Source: a virus (taxonomy: Duplodnaviria > Caudoviricetes). From it: a DNA stretch of 64,000 nucleotides. The notes under the pieces are model-generated. The model was not told the DNA's origin. It was given only the letters and a program-made list of their open reading frames with translations, and ran no database searches. Positions within the stretch are counted from its first letter, which is position 1, and each line of letters opens with the position of its first letter. This document shows positions 25,412 to 33,970 of this stretch, piece by piece. The stretch is from positions 8,980-72,979 of IMG/VR virus record IMGVR_UViG_2974795854_000001. One strand, written 5' to 3'. Made by a program: the position numbers and the translations under genes.

Positions 25412-25558
25412 TTAGATGTCTTTTCCGGTTTTTTCTTCAATCTTTCGCTCCAACTCGTCTGCAGCACTATTGAAATATGCCTGTAATTTAGGGTTGTTCT
25501 TCAAGATTAATGCGAAACCTGCCGCTCCGGCCAATACTCCTACTAAAAATGTAATCAT
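25412..25558 (-). CDS. small membrane protein (48 aa, MITFLVGVLAGAAGFALILK...)
   Basis: Manual translation. N-terminal TM helix plus charged tail, below the track's length cutoff. Confidence 0.6.
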   Translation of the reverse strand: MITFLVGVLAGAAGFALILKNNPKLQAYFNSAADELERKIEEKTGKDI

Positions 25559-25611
25559 AGTTTATAATGTTTATAATGTTAGATGCAAATATAGTAAAAG
25601 TATGCGAACTA

Positions 25612-25743
25612 TTATTCAATCCTTTCTTTATATTGTTCGACGGCCTGTCCTGTTTTCTTATTTATGTACTCTCTTAAGTACTTCCTTTGATCTTCTGATA
25701 GCTCAGACCAAAATTCCCCGAATGATCTCCATGTACGTGCCAT
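25612..25743 (-). CDS. small hypothetical protein (43 aa, MARTWRSFGEFWSEL...)
   Basis: Manual translation, phage-like codon usage, same strand as its neighbours. Confidence 0.5.
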   Translation of the reverse strand: MARTWRSFGEFWSELSEDQRKYLREYINKKTGQAVEQYKERIE

Positions 25744-25763
25744 ATTTTATAAAATTATCGTTA

Positions 25764-26057
25764 TTAATACACCTCTATTGAGTTTGTATAAGTTATTTCA
25801 AAGTCTTCTGGGGCGTTTAATGCAAATAACAGGCCATTTGCAAAAGCTTCTGCTGCTACATCACCTTTCTCGTGGTAGTAGTCACCGTAAGAAGATGCTA
25901 AGACGTCGTTTACATAAACTCGAGCTCCTACATAGTCTCCTCCGAGGATACTTTCTCTCACTTCTTCATCTCCTAAATCTTGGCCCTCATAATCGTAGAA
26001 CACTGTATCTATTCTAATAGTTTTTAATTCGATCACTCCTAGTAATTTATCTGACAT
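25764..26057 (-). CDS. hypothetical protein
   Basis: 97 aa acidic ORF, first gene of the leftward arm. Confidence 0.6.
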   Translation of the reverse strand: MSDKLLGVIELKTIRIDTVFYDYEGQDLGDEEVRESILGGDYVGARVYVNDVLASSYGDYYHEKGDVAAEAFANGLLFALNAPEDFEITYTNSIEVY

Positions 26058-26488
26058 AATAATCCTTGTTTAAATGAGCTATAAAGGTAGTAAAATCTTT
26101 CGAGGGGTGCAAGTAAATAATCCGGTAAAAAGTTTGTCACGTACTTTAGGGGCCATTTTATGCATGTTTTTGCACCAACTTTCGAAGTTCTCTTGCACTT
26201 TCTGTTTTAAGACATACTATACCCACGGGCCTCGCGCCGCTATGGTAAACCCGATTTTTTTAATGGGGTGGGGTTCGTATTTTTTCAAATTTGCGTGTAA
26301 CTTTTAGCTTTTCTAGGCTGTTAATTACTTGGTTTGCAGTTACTTACATTAAACTCTCTGACTTTCTCCGCTTCATTTTATACTGGTTAATCTGCTATAA
26401 ATAAAGTCTGTTTAATACCTGTTTAACATAGTTTATTAGTACAGGATATTTATTTCCCCCTTACTATTCTTTAAATAATTATTATTTT

Positions 26489-26552
26489 ACTGCCACCCTG
26501 TCATATAATACCTTCCACATACTGCCACCCTGTCATACCCTACCTTCCACAT
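26489..26552. repeat. 32-bp tandem direct repeat (actgccaccctgtcataNNNtaccttccacat x2)
   Basis: Two units differing only at three central positions, inside a C/A-skewed ORF-free tract. Confidence 0.85.
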
Positions 26553-26783
26553 AACAACACCTGACAATCTGACACCATAACATGCCATGCTGTCATATGC
26601 TTACCAGTTAACCAACCTCAACACAATATCACTATCACAATAGCAGCCTATCACATAATAGACCTTACCAACCTACCCCCCAAACCACCAACAAAACCCC
26701 CACAAAACCCCTTTATTTTTTATAATGTATCCCGTACGCGCGCGCAAATACCTATAGTAGCCCACAAAAATCTCTACTTTACC

Positions 26784-26870
26784 GTTTAACGATTTTTTAG
26801 GTAGTTCATCGGATTTTTAGTTTAATATCTCTAAGTCCGCCGTATATTTGTAGGGCAGTTAACAAGTAAC
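26784..26870 (+). promoter_or_regulatory. early promoter 1 with conserved upstream element
   Basis: TATATTTG at 26843-26850 and upstream gtttaacgattttttaggtagttcatcg. Confidence 0.7.
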
Positions 26871-27021
26871 ACACTGCAAACGTTCTTTTAACATATTGAT
26901 AAGCAATTAACGAAAATACCTATTATAGGGTGTATATGTGTATAGCTGCCAATAAAAGTAAGTAAGTAGTATCTTAATGTATAAATCTACTAAAAGCTTG
27001 GTTTAGGGTCTACAAAATACA

Positions 27022-27108
27022 GTTTAACCGATTTTTAGGTAGTTCGTCGAATAAATTGCTTCAAATCAATATTGTTTCTATACATTTGTAGCGTAGTTAG
27101 TAAGTAAC
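27022..27108 (+). promoter_or_regulatory. early promoter 2 with conserved upstream element
   Basis: TACATTTG at 27081-27088 and upstream gtttaaccgatttttaggtagttcgtcg at the same spacing as promoter 1. Confidence 0.7.
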
Positions 27109-27109
27109 T

Positions 27110-27715
27110 AATTATAACATAAGTTCTTTAATTTAGTGTAGTTTATAACCCCTTGGAAGTGTGGCAGCCTTAAAACTGTCAAAATCTAGCAAATTAGCTA
27201 GGAAGAACCAAGATACTTGATTTTTTAATAACGGTGAAATACCGTGTAAGTTTAAAACAGGACGCAAGGGTAATTTGTATAAAGTGGGCAAAGCCCTAAA
27301 ATTCAAACAATAAGCACTATATTAATTATAAAACCGAAAAGGCAGTTCTTCGGTATATAAGAAACTGTCAGGAGGGTAACTTAGAATGTTACCAGTGGAA
27401 GCCACCGAAAAATACTTGGCACTCCTATACCGGCACGATTAGAGTGCTTATAAAGTAATAAAAACACTTTGAAATTGATAATTTTAGCAATTTCGTGTTG
27501 CACTACGATAAAACCGTGATAAGTTTTATATGGTGTTTTACTAGCCAATAGCAAGGGCAATAATGTAAACATCATTTTGCAATATTAAAACGATTTAAAC
27601 CAAGTAAAATTTGACAAAATAGAAGTATAAACAATAAATTAAAATTACAACTTGCTGCACAGACGTGGAGAACATTCTGTGCAGTACCTAAGCGTAGACA
27701 CGCAAAATAATCAAA
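27110..27715 (+). ncRNA. candidate large structured ncRNA or 5' leader
   Basis: About 600 nt with no plus-strand ORF of 60 aa or more, dense in inverted repeats, directly after promoter 2. Confidence 0.4.
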
Positions 27716-27743
27716 TAAAATAATAATCTTAAAATTAAAAGTT

Positions 27744-28229
27744 ATGGCAAATGTATCTAGTTACCAAAAAAATGTAAATGATGTAAACAAAGCACTTAAA
27801 GCAGAAGGTAAAACTTTGGGAGGGTGTGTAAAAATGTTACTGATATTTAAGAATGAAATAAAGTTAAGCGAGCCCGCAATCGAATTATTGACCTTCATTA
27901 GAGACGATTCCGATGCATTCAAAAAATTTAAGAAAACCGTTCGTACTTCAAAGTACAAAGGTAAGGACTTAGGCACTTATTCAGCTTACTACGTATTGCA
28001 GACCCTTCACAAAACTTTGAAGGTGGCAAAGGATATGACTACAGAGCCAATAGAGGCTAAAAAAGAGGTGGCGAAGCCTGCAACAGAAGTAAGAACTCCT
28101 GAACAAATAAAAGCGGCGAAAGACAGAGCTAAAAAAGCGGCTGCAACAAGGGCAGCTAATAAGGCTAAAAAAGAAGCGGCTAAAAAAGCAGAAGCTAAAA
28201 AAGAAGTATTAGAGCCTGTAATGGCATAA
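27744..28229 (+). CDS. first early protein with Ala/Lys-rich histone-like C-terminus
   Basis: 161 aa with an AKKAAATRAANKAKKEAAKK tail, followed by a terminator. Confidence 0.65.
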   Translation: MANVSSYQKNVNDVNKALKAEGKTLGGCVKMLLIFKNEIKLSEPAIELLTFIRDDSDAFKKFKKTVRTSKYKGKDLGTYSAYYVLQTLHKTLKVAKDMTTEPIEAKKEVAKPATEVRTPEQIKAAKDRAKKAAATRAANKAKKEAAKKAEAKKEVLEPVMA

Positions 28230-28270
28230 TTAAGGTATGCTGTTTACGATTAAGCAGTATTTTTTCATTT

Positions 28271-28308
28271 TGCCCGTGGTAATCCTTGACAGTTGCCACG
28301 GGTTTTTT
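28271..28308 (+). terminator. intrinsic terminator
   Basis: cccgtgg-(loop)-ccacggg-tttttt. Confidence 0.75.
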
Positions 28309-28312
28309 ATAT

Positions 28313-28374
28313 GGTAATTTTTGGTAACACCTTGAGTCGGCTCTTGGTGGGTGGTTCGATTCCACTAATTGCCC
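28313..28374 (+). ncRNA. small tRNA-like RNA without a canonical anticodon loop
   Basis: 7-bp acceptor GGTAATT/AATTGCC, T-arm GGTGG-TTCGATT-CCACT, middle hairpin CACC..GAG-tcgg-CTC..GGTG. Confidence 0.55.
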
Positions 28375-28533
28375 CTAATTTTAAAACAGTAAGATATGGA
28401 ACTTGCAAAAAAAGTATTCGTAAATGTATTAGTGGTTATTATAGTAATAACTGCATTAAGTTTATTGGTCGCTATCTTATCAGGAGCAGTAAACACATCA
28501 AATCTTTAATAAACCCCCCAAAATAAATAAGTT

Positions 28534-28788
28534 ATGAAAAGAATTAGCTACGAGAAATTAATGTCTCTAAACCCTACACTATTATCAGAAGTTATAAATA
28601 GAGAAGGACAAACTATATCTTTGTATGAACACCCTCTTTACGGTGGAGACCATACCATTATAGCAGCGTATCACCCTGAAAAGATAGCCGTAAATACCAA
28701 CTTTTGGGATACAGAGGACTTAGAAGGAGATGACTATTGCTTAGTTTATGCATTCGGTGAGTTGCATGAGGCATGGGAAATGGTATAA
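28534..28788 (+). CDS. hypothetical protein
   Basis: 84 aa ORF with an AT-rich Bacteroidota-type initiation region. Confidence 0.65.
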   Translation: MKRISYEKLMSLNPTLLSEVINREGQTISLYEHPLYGGDHTIIAAYHPEKIAVNTNFWDTEDLEGDDYCLVYAFGELHEAWEMV

Positions 28789-28822
28789 AAAAACAGGTAT
28801 CCACTATCAAAAACAGGACGAA

Positions 28823-29242
28823 ATGAACCAACAAGAATTAAGAGAGAGAAAACTACAGATACTAGACGAAACTGTAAAGTATTACTCCGAGGACTTAAGT
28901 AGAAGGGCGCTCGACGAAAACTTCATGTGTATGTACAAGACTCCCGAGGGTAAGATGTGCGCTGTAGGTAGATGTATGAGAGATGACGCACCATTTAAAG
29001 ACCTTAATACACAAGGTGAATTACTCTCTTTAGAGATAATCCGTGATGTAGAATTTAAAAAGCAAGATAAGAAGTTAGACACCCTCTTAAAGGATAAGTA
29101 CAAGGGTGTAAACATAGAGTTTTGGATGACCCTGCAAAGTTTGCATGACCAAAGCCTTAATTGGGAAAGTGGAGGACTTTCGGAAATGGGAGAGGTAGAG
29201 TTAAATAGAATTAAATCAGATATAGAAAAAGGAGAGTTATGA
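28823..29242 (+). CDS. Cys-containing paralog family member 1 (YYSEDLSRR / MCAVGRCM)
   Basis: Start re-set to ATG 28823. Motifs are shared with 30074..30562 and 30579..31004. Confidence 0.7.
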   Translation: MNQQELRERKLQILDETVKYYSEDLSRRALDENFMCMYKTPEGKMCAVGRCMRDDAPFKDLNTQGELLSLEIIRDVEFKKQDKKLDTLLKDKYKGVNIEFWMTLQSLHDQSLNWESGGLSEMGEVELNRIKSDIEKGEL

Positions 29243-29532
29243 GAAGAGTTAAAAGGTTATCGTTAATATTAGTACTGACGTTAGTATTTGTGACAATAGT
29301 TGCATCTGCACAAGAAAGTACAGAGCCTACCTATGTGGTACAAGGTGACAAAATAGTAAAAGTAGGAGGTGGTAAATCTGCATCCGAAGGAACAAAGACC
29401 AAATACACCATGGATGTAAAAGGTGTTGAGTACCCTGTGTATAAAAGTACTAGGGGTAGCTACTATATTCTTAGGACTAGTAAGAAGTCTGGAAAAGAGT
29501 ATAAGCAATATATAAAAATAACTGGCCTATAA
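29239..29532 (+). CDS. small secreted protein
   Basis: Signal-peptide-like N-terminus ending ASA-Q. Confidence 0.6.
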   Translation: MRRVKRLSLILVLTLVFVTIVASAQESTEPTYVVQGDKIVKVGGGKSASEGTKTKYTMDVKGVEYPVYKSTRGSYYILRTSKKSGKEYKQYIKITGL

Positions 29533-29569
29533 AAGAAGACCTATTCACTATCCAAAACCTAGGGAAATT

Positions 29570-29974
29570 ATGATTAAGAGACAACTGATAGAAATGGCAA
29601 TATACTCTATATCTTCCGTAGCCTTTGCTATAGAAGAGCTGGAATCAAAATTGCAGGACTGGAAGAGACGTAATATTGCAGAAGGAAACGATGAACCTAG
29701 GCTGTACCCAAGGCGTTGCGACGTAACAGGAGAGGGTATGGATAAGGGTTACCTATTCCATGACACAATGTACATAAAGTATCTATCTGACGCCAAAAAA
29801 ATGGCTAAAGAGAATGGGTACGACTCTCTTCAAGATAGCTATGACAGCGGTTTCCATTATTGGACAGAGTGGGAGCAAGAGGCCTACGACGGTGGGAGTG
29901 CATATGACATTATGGGTAAGTTGTACCTCTTCAAAGTTAAACGTAGAGGTGAAGGTGATTGGGTAAAACAATAA
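29570..29974 (+). CDS. hypothetical protein
   Basis: 134 aa ORF. Confidence 0.65.
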   Translation: MIKRQLIEMAIYSISSVAFAIEELESKLQDWKRRNIAEGNDEPRLYPRRCDVTGEGMDKGYLFHDTMYIKYLSDAKKMAKENGYDSLQDSYDSGFHYWTEWEQEAYDGGSAYDIMGKLYLFKVKRRGEGDWVKQ

Positions 29975-29981
29975 GTACAAA

Positions 29982-30053
29982 GCTCTTTTCGTCTAGCGGT
30001 AAGGACATTCGGTTTTCATCCGAAAAACATAGGTTCGAATCCTATAGAGAGTA
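29982..30053 (+). tRNA. trnE: tRNA-Glu(TTC), early-region copy 1
   Basis: TTCGG-TT-TTC-AT-CCGAA, canonical cloverleaf. Confidence 0.92.
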
Positions 30054-30073
30054 CTAATATTAAAATTTAAGAG

Positions 30074-30562
30074 ATGTTAAAAGTAAAAGCAGAAATCGGA
30101 AGGTCTAAAGAAGACATGATAAAATTGTTGAACGAGACTGCCCAATACTACTCCGAGGATTTGAGTAGAAGGGGTACTAAATCAGGCCCTATAAGTGGGT
30201 GCGTGTACAAGTCCGATAAAGGAAGTATGTGCGCTGTAGGTAGATGTATGGTAGATGAAGCACCTTTTGAAGAGTTTAACTTACAAGGGAGCATCGGATC
30301 ACTAGCTATCCTCAACGGCGTTAACCCCCGAACTAAAGAAGGTGCTGAAAGGGTAGACGCTTTTCTTAAAGATGAGTATAAGGGTTACCCTGTATCATTT
30401 TGGGAATGCCTGCAAGAGTTCCACGACGGAGAACAATATTGGGTAGTAGGTGCAGACGGCGATGAAAATGGAAGTATGGAGAACGTATTAGAAAGAAGGT
30501 TGCTTAAAATAAGAGCTATAAAGAATAATATACTCTTTGGTAAATATAAAATACAAAGTTAA
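30074..30562 (+). CDS. Cys-containing paralog family member 2
   Basis: YYSEDLSRR...CVY...MCAVGRCM. Confidence 0.7.
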   Translation: MLKVKAEIGRSKEDMIKLLNETAQYYSEDLSRRGTKSGPISGCVYKSDKGSMCAVGRCMVDEAPFEEFNLQGSIGSLAILNGVNPRTKEGAERVDAFLKDEYKGYPVSFWECLQEFHDGEQYWVVGADGDENGSMENVLERRLLKIRAIKNNILFGKYKIQS

Positions 30563-30578
30563 AAACACTATCAAAACT

Positions 30579-31004
30579 ATGACACGAACGAAAGAAGAGG
30601 CCCTAGCCTTATTAAACGAGACTATTGAATACTACTCCGAGGATTTGAGTAGAAGAGGTATAGAAAGTAGAGGGTCTGATTTATGCAAATACCGTGTAAA
30701 AGGCGGCGGAATGTGCGCTGTAGGTAGATGTATGAAAGATGGATTGGACTATGAGGATCTAAACAAGAGAGGCGGCCTTTACTCATTGGCAGGCGTACTT
30801 ATATCAAAGGTAGATAAGTCTAAACCTCTACCCGAATTAGATAAATACCTTAAAGACGAGCATAAAGGATACCCAGTAATTGTTTGGGAGGTACTTCAAA
30901 CAATACATGACGATTCAGGGAATTGGAAGGGTACAGAGGCCTCTAAAGTAGTATTAGAGAAGGAGCATAAAGCAGCTATTAAAAAAATAAACAAAGTATA
31001 TTAA
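30579..31004 (+). CDS. Cys-containing paralog family member 3
   Basis: YYSEDLSRR...CKY...MCAVGRCM. Start re-set to ATG 30579. Confidence 0.7.
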   Translation: MTRTKEEALALLNETIEYYSEDLSRRGIESRGSDLCKYRVKGGGMCAVGRCMKDGLDYEDLNKRGGLYSLAGVLISKVDKSKPLPELDKYLKDEHKGYPVIVWEVLQTIHDDSGNWKGTEASKVVLEKEHKAAIKKINKVY

Positions 31005-31148
31005 ACAATACAATGGGGGTATTAGGGGAGACACGGGTAGATAATAGTTCAAAGAACCATATGACCAAATAGAACACCTTTAATATTTTACATACAAACA
31101 AAAATCAATTAATAATCAAAGCTGTAGAGCATCGTACTAAAATTAATT

Positions 31149-31439
31149 ATGGCAAACAAGACACAATCAGAAAAGTACATCGATTTAATTTCTCAATCTT
31201 CTAAAGATGTAGAGAAAGAACAATTACAATTTAGAGCGCAAGAAGCATCTCTTCAAGCAGACTCTTCAATCTTAGAGACTAAGAAAGCAATTGCAACGGC
31301 AAAGAGAGAGCTTACTGAATTAAAGAGAGCAATTCCTTACAGCTTCGACAAAGAAATCTCGAAGACAATAGAGGTAAAGAACCTTGAAGAAGGTCTTGCT
31401 ATAGCTGAGAGTATTCAAAAGAGTAGATTCGGCTCGTAA
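31149..31439 (+). CDS. small coiled-coil protein
   Basis: 96 aa, similar to 32104..32376 (LQADxxxTK...). Confidence 0.65.
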   Translation: MANKTQSEKYIDLISQSSKDVEKEQLQFRAQEASLQADSSILETKKAIATAKRELTELKRAIPYSFDKEISKTIEVKNLEEGLAIAESIQKSRFGS

Positions 31440-31469
31440 ACACTATCAAAAACCCTAAAAACTTTATTT

Positions 31470-32285
31470 ATGAAGACAGTAAAACGTGGACAAAGAATAA
31501 CCCTCAAAAATAGTCAAGGGGTTGAGTTGGAAATAACTGTTTTTGATAATCACCTCTCTAGTGTAAAGGGGGGTAATGAACAGGTATTCAAAATGTTTGA
31601 TATGTACACTGACGAGGAAAGGATAGACTTTTGTACAAAGGCCTACGGTTATCCGGCAGAATTTGGAATGTGTCCGGAGTGTAGAATAGGCGACTACGAA
31701 GCATTGACAAGGTTGGTGGAAAGCTTCAAGGATTTAGAGAGTAAGATAATCATAAAATCTAAAGAAGGTGTAGTTATAAAAGGGTACTTAAAGAGAGATA
31801 CTATAGAGTTTGAATCAGGCGAAGAAGTTTTTAAGTACAGTGTTTCAAGCACCCATTTATCATCTGCAGGGGGTTCAAACGAAGCAATATTCTCTGCATT
31901 AAAAGAGAGAGGACTTTTACCGGAAGGTAAGATGGAGTTTTGTAGAGAGGCCTACGGCTATTACCCAGAGAGAGGGTCGTTTCCATGTTATAGGGAAAAC
32001 GATATGTTGGCAGCCTCTAGTGTTATCAAAAAAATACAAACAAGATTAGAAAAAGTTAGAGAAACAATGCCCAACGAAGGGCAAATTAAATCAGATAAAA
32101 AAGATGAATTACAAGAGCAGATTACAGAAGACGGAAGGACAGACAGGGGCAGACCAATTGGCGCACGACGTGGAACAGGCAGAGTTGCAAGCCAAGGCAG
32201 ACTTACTGGCAACAAAATTGCAGTTAAGCAAAGAAAGGCAAAAGTTGGAGAACTTAAGGTCAAGCAGGAGCCTATCTCTATCTAA
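31470..32285 (+). CDS. hypothetical protein with a tandemly duplicated domain
   Basis: Two copies of HLSSxxGxNExxF...FCxxAYGY...PxxR. The C-terminus overlaps the next gene in another frame. Confidence 0.65.
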   Translation: MKTVKRGQRITLKNSQGVELEITVFDNHLSSVKGGNEQVFKMFDMYTDEERIDFCTKAYGYPAEFGMCPECRIGDYEALTRLVESFKDLESKIIIKSKEGVVIKGYLKRDTIEFESGEEVFKYSVSSTHLSSAGGSNEAIFSALKERGLLPEGKMEFCREAYGYYPERGSFPCYRENDMLAASSVIKKIQTRLEKVRETMPNEGQIKSDKKDELQEQITEDGRTDRGRPIGARRGTGRVASQGRLTGNKIAVKQRKAKVGELKVKQEPISI

Positions 32286-32376
32286 AATCGTAGAGCAAAC
32301 CATGGTAGTATCAGACTATGAAAGAGGCTACGAAATAGCCGAGAAAGAAGTTAAAGAATTATTCGGAGATTCGTAG
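32104..32376 (+). CDS. small coiled-coil protein overlapping the upstream gene
   Basis: Similar to the stand-alone gene 31149..31439, which supports this frame being real. Confidence 0.6.
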   Translation: MNYKSRLQKTEGQTGADQLAHDVEQAELQAKADLLATKLQLSKERQKLENLRSSRSLSLSKIVEQTMVVSDYERGYEIAEKEVKELFGDS

Positions 32377-32434
32377 TAAACACTATCAAATACATATACA
32401 ATAAAAGCTAGTAGCGACGTTTACTAGCTTTTCT

Positions 32435-32506
32435 GCTCTTTTCGTCTAGCGGTAAGGACATTCGGTTTTCATCCGAAAAACATAGGTTCGAATCCTATAG
32501 AGAGTA
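32435..32506 (+). tRNA. trnE: tRNA-Glu(TTC), early-region copy 2
   Basis: Sequence identical to 29982..30053. Confidence 0.92.
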
Positions 32507-32526
32507 CTAATTAATACAAACTAGTC

Positions 32527-33255
32527 ATGGGAATAATAAGACTAAACACTTTATATACCCCTAGAGTAATAGGGAGTTCTGTTCCGATTGGTTCAGTAGT
32601 AGATATAAAAAAGGGCGTTAAGGAGAACGACAATATTACTGAGGAGATGTTCAATCAAGTCCTTAAAGAAGTAGAGGAGTGGACTAAAAAAGAATCCGAA
32701 AAAGTAAAGTTTAGCGAAGACAAAGGAACAAGGTTTAGCGAAGCCGAAGAAACACTTAGACACGAAGCCTTGTCGATCGTATCTAGCCACATAGATTTAA
32801 ACAAAGTGCTTAATTTAAGTAGTGTGGTGAAGGCTATAGAAAAGTTTTTAAACGGAGGTACAAGACAAAATTATGTACAAATAGAGATTGACGGTAGTTC
32901 ATGTAGAGACATAGTAATGTTAAAAGGGAGTTCATGTATCGATTTAATATACAATGATTTGATGGAATTTGATGCAGAGACTATTGGATTGATTGACGAA
33001 GAAGACATACTTACTGCGGCTCACCTTAACGGAGACCTTACATACGAATGGTTTTCAGAGATGTTCGATAACGGAGAAAGCCATTTTGAAATAGGATTAA
33101 ATCTATTAAACACAAACGGTCTAGTAAGAGACCTTGCAAAGGCAATAATAATGAATCACGGTCAAAAGTCTGCGATAGAGAGTATATCATTCGCTTCGGA
33201 GGATGTAGAACACAACATAATTGGCACAGAAGATATTTTCTCTTGCCTACAATAA
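32527..33255 (+). CDS. hypothetical acidic protein
   Basis: 242 aa ORF. Confidence 0.65.
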   Translation: MGIIRLNTLYTPRVIGSSVPIGSVVDIKKGVKENDNITEEMFNQVLKEVEEWTKKESEKVKFSEDKGTRFSEAEETLRHEALSIVSSHIDLNKVLNLSSVVKAIEKFLNGGTRQNYVQIEIDGSSCRDIVMLKGSSCIDLIYNDLMEFDAETIGLIDEEDILTAAHLNGDLTYEWFSEMFDNGESHFEIGLNLLNTNGLVRDLAKAIIMNHGQKSAIESISFASEDVEHNIIGTEDIFSCLQ

Positions 33256-33281
33256 TTAATATAATAAATACAAATAAAGTT

Positions 33282-33425
33282 ATGGCAATGGATTTAGATT
33301 ACGTATTCGCAATGGAAGCTATAGAAAAACTAGAGCAAAAGTTAGGCAACATTCCACACGGAGAGAGGGAACAAATAGCGGACGACATTAATAAGATGAC
33401 CGACGCAATACTATCAAAATATTAG
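33282..33425 (+). CDS. small hypothetical protein
   Basis: Start re-set to ATG 33282 (MAMDLDYVFAM...). Confidence 0.5.
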   Translation: MAMDLDYVFAMEAIEKLEQKLGNIPHGEREQIADDINKMTDAILSKY

Positions 33426-33428
33426 GCT

Positions 33429-33677
33429 ATGAAAAATAGAAAGGTTATTAAATGGATTGTAGACTTCTTAATAGTCTGTGCTGTAGTATCTCCGCTAGCT
33501 ATGTACCTCTTCTTGGATGAAGACTACTTAAATAGCAGCCCTGCATTATCTGTTATAGGGGGATTGGGGATGTTAACCTCTATTGTAGCGTCGGTATTCC
33601 TCTTATTTGTAGGAGCTTCAATACTGATTGCACTTGTAGTAGGATTGTATAGACTCTTATTTGAAGAGAGAGATTAA
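33429..33677 (+). CDS. small membrane protein
   Basis: Two hydrophobic segments. Confidence 0.6.
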   Translation: MKNRKVIKWIVDFLIVCAVVSPLAMYLFLDEDYLNSSPALSVIGGLGMLTSIVASVFLLFVGASILIALVVGLYRLLFEERD

Positions 33678-33970
33678 AACACTATCAAAATGCGTAAAAT
33701 TATATCTAAAATATGCTTCGTTTCAGCGGCATTAATGTACCTATCAGACTCAGATAACCTTGAGTATTCTGTAGCTGCATTTTTAATAGGATTAATAAAC
33801 ATAACCGTAAACAGGTTAATAGAAAAGAGGGAGGACTTATATGAGCGAAGATAAAAAGAAGAGCGAGAAAATGCCATTTGAAGTATGGATGGCAGCGATA
33901 GAGGCACAAGCCTTTACGAAATATTTAAAAAAGGAATTGGATACGTTAGGTATCTCAATGAATTAAAAAA

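Noticed and set aside
25416-25781. 121-aa plus-strand ORF
   Set aside because: It is antisense to two small minus-strand genes (25412..25558, 25612..25743) that fit the operon direction better.
26489-26552. Mini-CRISPR from the 32-bp repeat
   Set aside because: The two units are directly adjacent with no spacer.
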